Positions 43,175 to 54,578 of a DNA stretch of 64,000 bases are shown piece after piece; within the stretch, counting starts at the first letter, position 1, and each line of letters opens with the position of its first letter. The translations under genes and the position numbers were made by a program. The notes under the pieces are model-generated. The model had not been told where the DNA came from. It searched no databases and saw nothing but the letters and a program-made list of their open reading frames with translations. Origin of the DNA: an uncultured Verrucomicrobiae bacterium (lineage in GTDB: Bacteria > Chlamydiota > Chlamydiia > Chlamydiales > Rhabdochlamydiaceae); NCBI GenBank assembly GCA_963813135.1, contig CAWEXY010000010.1, positions 89,905-153,904 on the forward strand, written 5' to 3'.

Positions 43175-43897
43175 TCAGCAAATTCGCCGGGCGCTCAGCA
43201 CCATCAATCGGGGGATGAGGTCGGCGTTCACGAAGCCGCCCGTCTCGAGAAGAACGGCTGGGGGTGGCGAGGGCTCGACCATGTCCTCGAGGAGCAGTCC
43301 GACCTCGCCCATCGCGTGGACGTATCTGCTGAGGGGCCGGTGATGGAACGGTAGGGAGACCCCCGGTTCGACCTCGTCGATGACGAAATGGTCAGGCAAG
43401 TAGGAGCCGACTCGCCAATATTGCTCGTTCGATCCCGGGTCATCGACCCATCCACTACCGGGTGCTTGGAGGATCGGGTGAACCAACAACAAGAGAAATT
43501 GCCCATCCGGCACGAGGACCCGGGCGATCTCCTGGATCGCCGGCTCAAAGGGATCTATGTGCTCGAGAGCGAGGCACAGGACCACCGCTTCAAACGCGCC
43601 GTCACGAAAAGGGAGTTGCTCCCCTCCCGCTTGTACGTAGCACGGTAGTCCGCCACGAACGTGGGCTTCACGAATCTGCGATGGTGTCGGGTCGAGACCT
43701 ACGACGTGCGCGCCGCTCCGGGCGATGTACCGAGCGACCTGACCTTCTCCACACCCCACATCGAGCACACGACGTCCGCGTCGTAGATGCTTCTGGACCA
43801 GGGGAAGGATCTGTTCCTCATATTCGGGATCGGCACCTTCGGTGAACTTCCGCTGCCACCACCTCGAATGTTGCTCCCAGAGAGAACTGCTGTTCAC
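43175..43897 (-). CDS. Class I SAM-dependent methyltransferase
   Basis: VLDVGCGEG, LPFRDGAFE and ARVLVPDG. Confidence 0.9.
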   Translation of the reverse strand: MNSSSLWEQHSRWWQRKFTEGADPEYEEQILPLVQKHLRRGRRVLDVGCGEGQVARYIARSGAHVVGLDPTPSQIREAHVRGGLPCYVQAGGEQLPFRDGAFEAVVLCLALEHIDPFEPAIQEIARVLVPDGQFLLLLVHPILQAPGSGWVDDPGSNEQYWRVGSYLPDHFVIDEVEPGVSLPFHHRPLSRYVHAMGEVGLLLEDMVEPSPPPAVLLETGGFVNADLIPRLMVLSARRIC

Positions 43898-44300
43898 GGC
43901 CGCGAGGCTAGCTATCTTCCCCGGTCGTGCCAGGAGCTGTGTACCCCGGGAACCCGGGTCCCCCCGACGTGAACGGCGGACCAGGTCGCTGAGACCTGAT
44001 TTCCCAGACTTTTTGGAGAGGGTGCTCCTGGCCAGGTATTTTGTCGATCCGCCGGAGCAAAGTTTTTCGGGAGCCCTTGGTTGGTGGCTGGGGGGGGTGG
44101 GTTCCCGACAAAACTCTCTGACCTGGGACGAATGTCCTACCGCTCAACCCACTTCCCACGCTATTCACCTCGATTTCCCACCACCCCGACCAGGGCCTAC
44201 TCGCCAGTCGGATAGAAACGAAGGCATTCCATCGGAGATTTCGGACCACCTTGCCGCCCGCTCGGGCCACCCGGATTGGACCGAGCAGAAGCGGCGCGGG

Positions 44301-45368
44301 TCACGCGGGGAAGGACCCGGTGGTGCCCTGCACGGGATCGACGGAGGGAGCCGAAGGTGATCCAGGCTCGGGCCGCGGCGAGCCGCCGGTGATCCTCTTT
44401 CGGAAGACCCACAGACTCCACCCCTGGTACACGAGCACTACGGGGAAGAGGACAACGGCCACCACGGTCATCACCTTCAGCGTGTACGAGGGGCTGGCGG
44501 CGTTGGAGATCGTCAGGTTGTAGGTGGTGTTGGTGCTGGACACCATGACCCGTGGAAACAGCTCGAAGAAGATGGAGGCGACCACGCTCCCGATGGCCAC
44601 GGCGGCCGAGATGAAGGCCCAGCCTTCTGAGCGCGCCTCAGCCATCCAGGCTGCGGCGATCACTGCTGCCAGGGCCAGGGCTTCGATGGGCTTGGGAACG
44701 AAGCCCTGGCCGAGGCCCACGTGGATCCATGTCAGCCATCCGAAGGTGAGAAGGGTGGCGATCCATCCGAATCGGCCCGAGAGCATAGCCACCCGTTCGT
44801 GGAGCGGCCCGTCGGTCTTCAGGCTGAGGTACGCGGCGCCGAGGAAGAGGCAGAGGAACACCAGGGTCACCCCGGTGTACAGGCCGAAGGGGACCAGCAG
44901 GCCCCAGAATGATCCGGTGTAGTTGTGGGCCGAGTCGATAGGCAGCCCGTGGAGCATGTCGCCCCAGGCCGTGCCGAGTAGCAGGGGGATGAGGGCGCTG
45001 CCGATGGTCAGGGACCACCGCCACAGCGACCGCCACCTTGGATTGTCGATCTTCCGTTGGTACTCAAAGGAGACCCCCCGCATGATGAGAGCGAACAGGA
45101 CGATCACCAAGGCCAGGTAGAAGGTGGAGAACATGGTGGCGTACCACGAGGGGAAGGCAGCGAAGATGGCTGCCCCGCCCACGATCAACCACACTTCGTT
45201 GCCGTCCCAGATGGGGCCGATGCTGTTGACGGCGATGCGCCGCTCGGTTTCGTCGTGCCCCACGAAGGAGTGGAGCATGCCCACCCCGAAGTCGAAGCCT
45301 TCGAGCACGAAGAAACCCACCCAGAAGACGGCGACGATCACGAACCAGATGTCGTTCAGGTGCACCAT
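44301..45368 (-). CDS. cydB: Cytochrome bd ubiquinol oxidase subunit II
   Basis: LEGFDFGVG, IGPIWDGNEVWL, FAAFPSWY and RGVSFEY. Confidence 0.96.
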   Translation of the reverse strand: MVHLNDIWFVIVAVFWVGFFVLEGFDFGVGMLHSFVGHDETERRIAVNSIGPIWDGNEVWLIVGGAAIFAAFPSWYATMFSTFYLALVIVLFALIMRGVSFEYQRKIDNPRWRSLWRWSLTIGSALIPLLLGTAWGDMLHGLPIDSAHNYTGSFWGLLVPFGLYTGVTLVFLCLFLGAAYLSLKTDGPLHERVAMLSGRFGWIATLLTFGWLTWIHVGLGQGFVPKPIEALALAAVIAAAWMAEARSEGWAFISAAVAIGSVVASIFFELFPRVMVSSTNTTYNLTISNAASPSYTLKVMTVVAVVLFPVVLVYQGWSLWVFRKRITGGSPRPEPGSPSAPSVDPVQGTTGSFPA

Positions 45369-45377
45369 TGTGGTCTC

Positions 45378-46821
45378 CTAGTAAATAAGGGCCGGGACCC
45401 GGTCCTCATCGGGCTCGGCCGAGGAGGCGGGCGGGGAGTGATCGGAGTCAGTGTCGTGGCCGCTGGGGCCCTCGTGTGCGCCCGGTTCTAATTCCTGGCG
45501 GCCGTAGTGGATCATCAGATAGACGTCGGCCACCCCCAGAGAGAGGTACAAGAGCACAAAGGCAATAAGGCTGATCCACAGGTCGGTCGACGTCACCGAG
45601 GGCGAGGCGGCCTGGGACGTTTTCATCAGGCCCTGGACGATCCAGGGTTGGCGGCCACTCTCGGTCAGCAGCCAGCCAGCCGTGTTCATCAGAAACGGGG
45701 CGATGGCGAACCACGGAGCAATCAGGAGGAACCACTTCGCTTTGCCCAAGGTCTTGCGGCGGATGAGCCAGAGCCCCCACAGCGCGAACAGAGCAATGAG
45801 CGCGGCCAGATAGGCCATGACCCGCATCCCCCAGTACTGAATGAAGACGTTAGGAATGTAATTCCCTGGCCCGTACTCCTTCACATACTGCGCCTGCAGG
45901 TTGTTGAGGCCCTGGACCTCGCCGTCGGGGTGATTGGTGGCGAGGATCGAGAGAAGATCGGGTACCTCCCAGATCTGGGTGGGAGTCTCGTCGTTGTTCC
46001 CGCCACCGATCTGGAAAATGGAAAAGGCGCAGTGTGACGGGCAGGTGGTCCACAGAGCCTCGGCGGCAGCGATCTTCATCGGCTGGTATTTGCCCTCGAC
46101 CACCCCCCAACTCGCTCCCGATGAACATGTTGAGGAACACGGCCGGGGCGAGTACGGCCAACGAGATGATGGCGGTCCGGCGGAAGGCGCCGACGGAGCT
46201 CTTGCGCCTGAGGTGCCAGGCAGAGAAGGCCAGCATGATGATGGCCCCGGTGACCAGCGATGCCAAGATCACGTGCGGGTAGGCCCACAGGAACACCGGA
46301 TTGGTGAACAGCGCCCAGATGTCGGTAAGCACGGGCTGGTGTTGGGAGTTCATCACGTAGCCCACGGGGTGTTGCATCCACGAGTTCGCCGCCATGATGA
46401 ACAGGGCCGACAGCATGGTGGCACCCGCCACCAGCCAGATACAGGTCAGGTGCAGTTTCTTCGAGAGTCGGTCCCACCCGAAGATCCAAATGCCCAAGAA
46501 GGTGGATTCGAGGAAGAAGGCCGCGAGACCCTCCATGGCCAAGGGACCTCCGAAGATGTTGCCCACGAAGCGGGAGTAGTTCGACCAGTTCATTCCGAAC
46601 TCGAACTCTTGGACCAGCCCGGTTACGACGCCGATGGCCACGTTGATCAGCAGCAGGGTCCCGAAGAACTTCGTCAACCTCTTGAACGTGGGATTGTCGT
46701 TGCGATACCAGCTGGTCTGGAGCAGCGCGACCAGGAACGCCAGTCCGATGGTCACCGGCACGAAGAGGAAGTGGTAGATGCTGGTGGTGGCGAACTGCCA
46801 TCGGGCGAGGTCGGTGCTCAT
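45378..46821 (-). CDS. cydA: Cytochrome bd ubiquinol oxidase subunit I (frameshift near 46105)
   Basis: LARWQFA..HFLFVP, GVVTG..EFEFGMNW, FFLESTF, NSWMQHP, QPMKIAAAE and GWLLTESGRQPW. Confidence 0.96.
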
Positions 46822-47374
46822 GGGGTGGGTCTCCCGTCGGGGTCCGGTGCGGTCATGGTCTAGTACCGGGTTCCTCGTGCGTAGTAGAGATGTCGCGGGC
46901 CTAGATGGTCAGGGTGATGGCACAGACCCTCAGTGCAGTCGGTGTCACGCGGCGCTCCACGGGATTTTGTCTCGGATTGAATCGGTGGCGCGATGGGCTG
47001 GGGTTCCCGACCACTCGGCACCCAGGCGCACCGCCGCCCTATCACCGGCACAGTGTGGTGACGGCCCTTTACATTGCCCCGTTCTACGTCCAGGACGCAT
47101 AGCAGCTGACTCTAACTGTTGAGGCGGGCGGCTGGGAAGATTGGCCTGCTCCCATTTGTGTGGAGTACTGACCCCGTTGACACGGCGAGCAGGCTTGGAG
47201 AGTGCCACTGGCAATCGATGTTTGCCGCGCGTACGCTGATGACGCAGGCGGTTTGGGTGCCGTGATCCCGACCCGTCAGGGACCCGAGTAGGAATGATCC
47301 GCAATCCGATCGGCCCAATAACAGTTCGCTCTGACATGCAGTCCTGGTGGAATGACTCAGCAAAGGAGACCCAA

Positions 47375-48757
47375 ATGAGCACGCCCGATTTCTCTCAGTT
47401 GGTCGCCGACCAGAGGGCCTATTTCATTTCGGGAGCCACCCGATCGGTGGATTGGCGCGTCGCTCAGCTCACTGCCATTAAGACGATGATCTCTGAGAAT
47501 CGCGAGGCCCTCTATGACGCGCTGTGGCACGACCTTCGCCGGAACCGCTACGACGCTGATCTCATGGACGTCGAATACAACATCAAAGAAGCGCAGTACG
47601 CGCTCGACCACCTCCACGAGTGGATGAAGCCCAAGCACGTGCACACGCCTCTGGTCATGGAGCCAGGTCACATCCGGGTGCGACGTGATCCGTTGGGCGT
47701 CACACTCATCATCGGAGCGTGGAACGAACCCCTGATGTTGACCCTCGCCCCCTTGGTGGCAGCTATTGCCGCCGGCAACACGGCGGTGATCAAGCCGTCG
47801 GAGGTCTCCGAGGCGACTTCGGCCGTCCAGGCTCAAATCATTCCGAAGTACTTAGATACCCAGGCGATCGCCGTAGCCGAAGGCGGAGTACCCGAAACCA
47901 CCGCGTTGTTGGATCAAAAGTGGGACATGATCTTCTTCACTGGGAGCCCGCAGATCGGCAAGATTGTTCACCAGGCCGCGGCGAAGAACCTCACACCGGC
48001 CGTGCTCGAACTGGGCGGCAAGAACCCGACCATCGTTCACTCCTCTGCCAATATCCGCTCGGCGGCACGCCGTATTGCCTTCAGCCGTTTCATCAACTCG
48101 GGCCATATATGCACCGCCCCGGACCACGTACTGGTCTGGCCGGAAGTGAAGGACGAGTTCGTTGATGAGATGAAAAGGGCCATCACCGACTTTTACGGGG
48201 AAGATCCCAAGCAGAGCCCCGACTACGGGCGAGTGATCAACGACCGATCTTATGAGCGCCTCATGGGCTATATGGACAGCGGGACGGTGGCCATCGGCGG
48301 CATCGGCGGACCCCACCGAGCGCTACATCGCCCCCACTGTCTTAGTGGACGTGGCGGTCGACTCGCCGATCATGCAAGACGAGGTCTTCGGGCCGATCAT
48401 TCCGGTGCTCGAGATCGAGTCGGTCGAGGCGGTCATCGACTGGGTCAACAGCCATCCCCGCCCGCTCGGGCTGTACGTCTTCGCTGAGGATGAGGCTGTC
48501 GCCGAACACATCCTCGAACGCACCGGGTCCGGGGACGCCGCGTCAACGACTGCTCGATCCACCCCTGATGCCCGAGCTTCCCTTCGGCGGGGTGGGAACT
48601 CGGGGATGGGCAAATACCACGGGCACTGGGGCTTCGAGGCCTTCACCAATGCCCGTGGTGTGCTGTACCACGGCGCCAAACTCGACCCGGCGTGAAGTAC
48701 CCGCCCTATTCGGAGCACGAGCGACTCCATGGGATCATCGCCAAACTGATGCCGTAA
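47375..48757 (+). CDS. Aldehyde dehydrogenase (ALDH3-like), frameshifted
   Basis: PLGVTLIIGAWN, AAGN..IKPSE, FFTGS, LELGGKNP, NSGHICTAPD, EVFGP and PFGGVG.SGMG.YHG. Confidence 0.92.
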
Positions 48758-48802
48758 CTCGACGATTCGTAGAACGCACCACATCGGAGAGCGAGGAGCC
48801 TG

Positions 48803-50200
48803 TTGAGCAAAGACGTGCAGGCCCACCGCGTTGTCGTTGTCGGTGGAGGTTTCGGGGGCCTGCCGGCGTGCCGGATCCTCGGTGGCGAGAAAGGGGTCGA
48901 CGTCACCCTGCTCGACCGCCGCAACCATCACCTCTTCCAGCCACTCTTGTATCACGTCGCGACCGGCATTCTGTCCGAAGGCGAGATCGCCATTCCCTTC
49001 CGGCACGTGGTCCTGCGGCGTTCCCCAAACGTGAAGGTCGAGCTGGCCGAGGTGACCGGCTTCGATCTCGAGCGCGGATCGTCACGCCAAGAGCCCCTTC
49101 CACGATCCGGTCGAGGTCCCCTACGACAGCCTGATCGTCGCTGCCGGTGTCAACCAGTCCTACTTCGGTCACGACGACCTCGCGTTCTTCGCGCCGGCAT
49201 GAAGACGCTCGACGACGCGCTCGAGCTCCGGCGCCGCATCTTTGGGGCCTTTGAAATGGCCGAGGTGACGACCGACGCAGCGGAGAAGAAGGCCTGGCTG
49301 ACATTCGTGGTAGTGGGAGCCGGACCCACCGGGGTCGAGCTGGCCGGGCAGATACGAGAGCTGGCCGTGCGGAGTCTCAAGCAACTTCCGCACCTTCGAA
49401 GCCTCATCGGTCCGGGTGCTCCTTCTCGACGGGGCAAGGAGCCACTGGCCACCTTCGGCGACAAGCTCTCGGGCGAGGCGACAAAGATGTTGGAGCACCT
49501 AGGCGTCGAGCTGAAGATGGGTCTCGGGTAACTCACATCGACGCCCACGGCGTCGTCGTCGAAACCGAGAAGGGCAACGAACACATTGAGGCGCGCGTCG
49601 GTTGTGTGGGCCGCCGGTGTCCAGGCCTCACCGCTGGCGGGCATGCTGGCCCAGGCGAGCGGGGCCGAGGGACCGGCGGCAGGATCGCGACGCTTCCCGA
49701 CCTGACCTCCCGGCCATCCCGAGGTGTTCGCCGTCGGCGACATGGTCGCGCTCAACGGCCTCCCCGGTGTGGCCGAGGTGGCACTGCAGGGCAGCCTCCA
49801 CGCGCGAACACGATCAAGCGGCGGCTCAAGGGCAAGGACACCAAGCCCTACAAGTACCGGGATCTCGGCAGCATCGCCGCCATAGGCCGATTTAAGGCCA
49901 TCTGTCAGCGTCAAGGGCCTCCGCCTGAGAGGGTTCCCGGCCTGGGTGGTGTGGCTCTTCGTGCATATAGCCTTCACCAACGGTTTCGGTAATCGACTCT
50001 CGGATCTGTGGACTGGTTTTGGGCCATGGTCGGCCGGACCGGCCAGAACAGCATCTTCAGCGTTGCCCATACCGGAGGCGATCTGAGCACGCCCGAGACT
50101 GTGCGCTCGATCATCCAGCCGACGCCCTTCCCGGCGGTCGGCGCTGAGCCTGCGGCGCCCCCGGAAGCGCCTGAGCGCCCCGGCCTCTCCGAGTCGAGAG
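48803..50200 (+). CDS. ndh: Type II NADH dehydrogenase (NAD(P)/FAD oxidoreductase), several frameshifts; end approximate
   Basis: VVVVGGGFGG, NHHLFQPLLY, VVVGAGPTGVELAG, WAAGV and YKYRDLGS.A.IGR. Confidence 0.88.
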
Positions 50201-50206
50201 TCATCC

Positions 50207-52185
50207 GTGTACCGCCAGATTCGCCCGGTTCGTGGTGCTGCTCGTCCTCCTCGTGGGCGCTCTCCAAACCGGCACGATGGTCGCGGAGGCGACACCGGAC
50301 CTGGAGAGATCCCGCTGATCGGTACGGTCACCGCTGGTGGTCAGCCACTGAGCGGCGCAACGGTGACGCTTTATGCCGGTAATAGTCAAGGGGTATCGCC
50401 TCTGGGGAGAACCACGACCGGGTCGAATGGCGGATTCTCCATCACCTACGCCCCGCCGACCCTGGGCGTGCTCTATGTGGACACCCAGGGTGGGACGCCC
50501 GCCAAGGGCACGATCCCAGTGTCGAGCGCACTGAGGCTCCTTTCGATTGTCGGCGTGCGTGGCGACGCCGGGGTATCAGCGCAGACGCTGTCCACGGTGA
50601 CCGTCAACGAGCTGACCACCGTTGCCACGACGTATGCGTTGCCCAGTTCCTGTCACCGGTCGGCATCTCGGGCCCGAGCCCCGGGCTTGAGAACGCCGCC
50701 GCCACAACCTTCAACCTGGTCAATCCCGCTAGCGGCCAGGCCGGAGCCGTCATCACCGACGCCGACAACGGATGTCAGAACGACACCTTGGCTACCCTCA
50801 ACTCCGTTGCCAATCTGGTGGCGCTGTGTACCAGCCCGTCGGGTCGCGGCGGGTGTAGCCAGCTGCTTCGTTCGGCCACCCCGCCTGGCGCGACAACTCC
50901 GACCAACACCGTGATCGCGGTGCAAAACCTCGTAAAGAATCCCACCTTGTCGACGGGCAAACTCTTCGCGTTAGCCAGAAGGTCGAGCGTCTACAGCCCC
51001 GCCCTGAGAACTCCTCCGGGAGCGTGGATTCTGGCGTTGCTCTACACCGCAAACGCCCTCTACGCTCCCGGTCGCACCGTCATCGATGCCGCTGGCAATG
51101 CCTGGTCCGGCAACAACTGGGTGCCTGGGACGACGACGCCCTCGACGCAGGCAACGGCACTCAACCCCCTAGGCAGCCCCCTCTCGATCAGTCCCGTCAG
51201 CGGAGGCGGTCTTGAGGGGCCCGCGTGGGGAACGGCTGTAGCCCCGAACGGGTCGCTTTGGTTCACCAGCTTCGGAGGCAATGCGGTTGCCGAGTTCGCC
51301 TCCAATGGGATTCCCCTGTCGCCGAGCTCGGGCTGGAGCAACGGGGGCATCAATCATCCTCAGGGTGTCGCCGTCGACCAGAAGGGCAACATCTGGATCG
51401 CCAACAGCTTCGGACCGACGAGCGCACCCGGTCAGGGCGACGTCGTCGTCTACCCGGACGGCAACCCGGCGAAGGCCATCACCATCACCGGAGGGGGACT
51501 CAATCACCCATTTGCCATCCAGATCGACAGCGACGGACGGGCGTGGGTTGACAACGCCGGCCTCGGGGGCGCAAAGCTCGTCGGGACCAAGGCGGCGGTC
51601 CTGATCGGAAAGGCCAGCGGTAGTGTGACCGTCATCGGGTCGAACTTCAAACCCACGTCGTTCTCACCCATCCAGAGCAGTTCCTTCAAGTTTCCTCTCG
51701 GCCTCGCCCTCGACTCGGCGGGGAACTCATGGGTTGTGAGTTTCGACAACAGTTCCGTTATCGAAATTCACCCCAGTGGAACGGTCGCCCGGACGGTACA
51801 TCTCCCCGGCCCCGTGTTGCCATGGGCGGATGCCGTCGACGGCTCCAACCGGGTATGGGTGACCGGCTTCACCCGGCCGGGGGTCTGGCTCCTCTGCGGC
51901 GTGAACACCGCGGCCTGCGGTCCGGGTTCGTCGACCGGTAGTCTCCTTTCGCCCAAGTTGGGATTCCGAAGCAAAGCGATGCAACATCTCACATCGGTGC
52001 AGATCGACCAGTCCGGCGATGTTTGGCTGAGCAACAACTGGTCCAAGATTGTGCCACCGACTGGTGGTAATGGTGTTGTCGAGATGATCGGCATGGCGAC
52101 ACCGGTGTGCACACCGTTGATTGGTGCTCCCGTCCGGCCGACCACGACGGCTTCTTGCGCAGGTAGGGCAACCGGATCAGGCTGA
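50207..52185 (+). CDS. Secreted NHL/Vgb-like beta-propeller protein, frameshifted near the 5' end
   Basis: Repeats P.G+A+D..GN.W+.N and VNELTTVA; N-terminal hydrophobic segment. Confidence 0.75.
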
Positions 52186-52281
52186 ATCTCCCTAGTCGGG
52201 GATTGTCAATCCAGCGCAAGATGATGGTTTGGTTCGGGCGACGAGAAGCATCGGGCGAAGGTGAAGCGCCGGTCGCTGTAC

Positions 52282-52551
52282 TGAAGGGCACCAGTAATAC
52301 GATCGGGCAATTGACCTGGACGTTCGCCAGCGGACTGAGACATCATCAGGTGTGCTCTTCTCGCTCCTCTATCTCGGCTTGTGTCGCATGTTCGGTTTCG
52401 TTGCCACGTCTCGACGGACCGAGTCCGAGCGGGACGTGGAAATCATGGTGCTCCGGCACCAGGTCCGTGTTCTCACACGCCAGCTTCACGGTCGTGCTAC
52501 GTATCGGCGAGCGGATCGCGCAATCTGCGATCGGGATTTTGGTGCCCTTCA
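52282..52551 (+). mobile_element. Internally deleted IS (rve/integrase-core, IS481/IS3-like) remnant with both terminal inverted repeats
   Basis: TGAAGGGCACCAGTAATACGATCG at the left end and CGATCGGGATTTTGGTGCCCTTCA at the right end. They enclose the N-terminus MLFSLLYL..RDVEIMVLRHQVRVL.RQ..DRA, typical of actinobacterial integrase-core transposases. Confidence 0.7.
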
Positions 52552-52590
52552 CCCAGGCTCTAGAGGTTGTCTGGCTTGGGGCCGCTCAGC

Positions 52591-53932
52591 TCACGACATC
52601 GTGTAGCGATCGATCCCTTGAGCGTCGCCCATGCCGCTGGCGGGAGCACATACGGCGCAACCTTCAGATCGCTCTACGTTTTGCACCACGATGCGATTCG
52701 CCAGGAGGTCATAACGGAAGAAAGGAACCACGGCCCGAACCCCAGTTACATAGGCGAGTACTTCAGTCATCGCCAGGCCAACCAGAACAGTGTTCAATGG
52801 CATTAAAGCTGGCTCGATCGTTCTATCCCGCGCATAACCTCGCTCCATCCGAATCGCGCGGTGCCGCGTCGGTCTCGAGATCTTCTGCCGCTTCGGCGAA
52901 GTCGATTTCGTCGGCGCATGCAAGGCACGGACCTCCAGCAGTGTAGAACGCAACTCGCCCGCCTATCTCAGGTCGATCATCCTCCTTATCAATTCCAACC
53001 CCAATATCGATGTAGGGAATGAGGTGCGCGGCAGCAAGTTCCGTAAGGACAAGTCGAGCTCCGTCGTTATCGACGCACCCGACTATGAGATCAACACTCG
53101 CGAGGGACTTCAGCGCATCCGAAGCTCGCAGATTGCCGACCGTCTGCAGTCGAAGATCTCGCCGCAAGCGACGGGCTTGCCGCAGAGCGACAGCAGTCTT
53201 CTTTCTGTGAAGAAGCGCGTCCCACCAAGTCGCTCCTGACAGACGTGGAAGGTTTGACCATTCAACGGTATCGTCATCGAGAAGTACTAGTTCCGCCACG
53301 CCGAGATGAGCAAGCTGCTGTGCAACTTGGCTGCCAGTCCCACCCAAACCCACAACAGCTACCTTCAAGGTCGATAGGCCCCTTTGGCCCTCCGCCCCAA
53401 GTGCTCGTATTTGTCGATCGTAGATGGTGGCAGCGGAGGTATTCGGCGCCTGGACGCTCCGCGCCCAGGGCGGAATTTTCACCCTCTCGCCGATGGGTCG
53501 AAGCTCAAGATCATCAAAGGAATCGCCATTCCAGGCTCGGCCGGCGTAGCCAGCGGTTCCGATCACAAGTGACCCAAAAGTTCGGCCCGGCAGCTTGTTG
53601 CAGAAGTATCGAGCGAATATTGGAAGTTGTAACTCGTCAAATTCCGAGAATCGCACGTCACCACGCGAGAAGGGATGTGTGTGCACCTCGACGAGACCGC
53701 AGCCGCTCCTCTTGATGTCGGCAAGACCATCAAGTTGTGCCGACTCTGTCAGCGTGAGTTCGCCGAACTCTCCGGCTGCCAGTTCCGACCTTTGGAATAT
53801 TCGTTGAGCTCGGAGCACCCAATTGCTGCCCGATTCGTGAACTGAAAGAAAGGCGGCCCCTTCTTCGGGCGACGACGCAAGAAGCTCTCTGGTAAGGGTC
53901 TCCAAGCTTTCTGCCGGAACTAGGAGTTGCAT
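52591..53932 (-). CDS. JAB/JAMM peptidase - ThiF/E1 adenylyltransferase fusion (BubCD-like), frameshift near 52860
   Basis: N-terminal EEG..EVHTHP..FSEFD (JAMM). Then YDRQ, VVGLGGTGS, DDDTVEWSNLPR, GCVDN and PCLAC. The shifted frame gives RGY..PLNTV..CAVC. The ATG overlaps the E2 stop (TAATG). Confidence 0.88.
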
Positions 53933-54336
53933 TAATTGCACCCCCGAGCCAAGAAAGACTCGACCGATGACACGTAGCCCACAAAGTTGTCGCCGCGCTG
54001 AGGATCCGAGGTGGCGCGCCAGGTCGACTGCCCGACAGCATCAATTAGGTGGAAAGAGACCAACAACCAACCGGGCATTCCCAGTGGAGCACCGTCACTG
54101 GCTGGCAATGGCGAGGCAGTCATCTGTAGGCCAACGGGCACAAGAAACCCATCGGGACCAATTGCTCGATAACCTGGCGGCACAATGACGGCGAGTGGCG
54201 TTCGAGCCAGGTTGTACAGTCCGGGCAGTAGATCTACTGACAGCTCAACTCGCTCCGGAATCCCGAGGCTCTGAGCATCGGGATAGACACAGACAATGTC
54301 CTGCCATTCCTCGGCTAGGCGTGGGTGCATGGTCAT
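53932..54336 (-). CDS. Prokaryotic E2/UBC-like protein (Prok-E2 family E, BubB-like)
   Basis: LPGLYN..+AVIVPPGY...PDGF and W...SFH...W...D pattern; it lies between the Ubl and E1 genes with coupled stop/start codons. Confidence 0.75.
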   Translation of the reverse strand: MTMHPRLAEEWQDIVCVYPDAQSLGIPERVELSVDLLPGLYNLARTPLAVIVPPGYRAIGPDGFLVPVGLQMTASPLPASDGAPLGMPGWLLVSFHLIDAVGQSTWRATSDPQRGDNFVGYVSSVESFLARGCN

Positions 54337-54566
54337 CCTCGGCGGAAGCGGACCGAGACGAAGAAATTGTCTCCTTCGTGAGGCCGAACCTCCTTTGTTG
54401 GCGGAATCGCCGTCTCCGAACCATCCGGCTCCTCCCTCACGAGCTTGTCCTTCTCAGGAATTCCAGCGAACGAGCGAAGCTCAGTCCCTGTGTACTCACG
54501 ATTTTGGAGGTCGTATGGCTTTCCTTCAATGGTTACCTGAATCGTGGACGTTGCGGTGGTGGTCAT
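54333..54566 (-). CDS. Ubiquitin-like (multi-ubiquitin domain) protein, 77 aa, C-terminal RRG (BubA-like)
   Basis: IQVTIEGKPY..YTGTELRSFAGI..L..E...I....V....GDNF matches the Multi_ubiq pattern. It has a GGAGG RBS, and its TGA overlaps the E2 ATG. Confidence 0.82.
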   Translation of the reverse strand: MTTTATSTIQVTIEGKPYDLQNREYTGTELRSFAGIPEKDKLVREEPDGSETAIPPTKEVRPHEGDNFFVSVRFRRG

Positions 54567-54578
54567 TTCTGTTGCCTC

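Noticed and set aside
4602..54566. Functional link between the chlamydial F-box protein and the Ubl-E2-E1 operon
   Set aside because: They lie on opposite sides of a probable chimeric junction and most likely come from different organisms.
52591..54566. ThiS/ThiF or MoaD/MoeB sulfur-carrier operon
   Set aside because: An E2-like gene is present, the Ubl has a multi-ubiquitin-type pattern with RG rather than GG at the end, and no cofactor biosynthesis genes are nearby.
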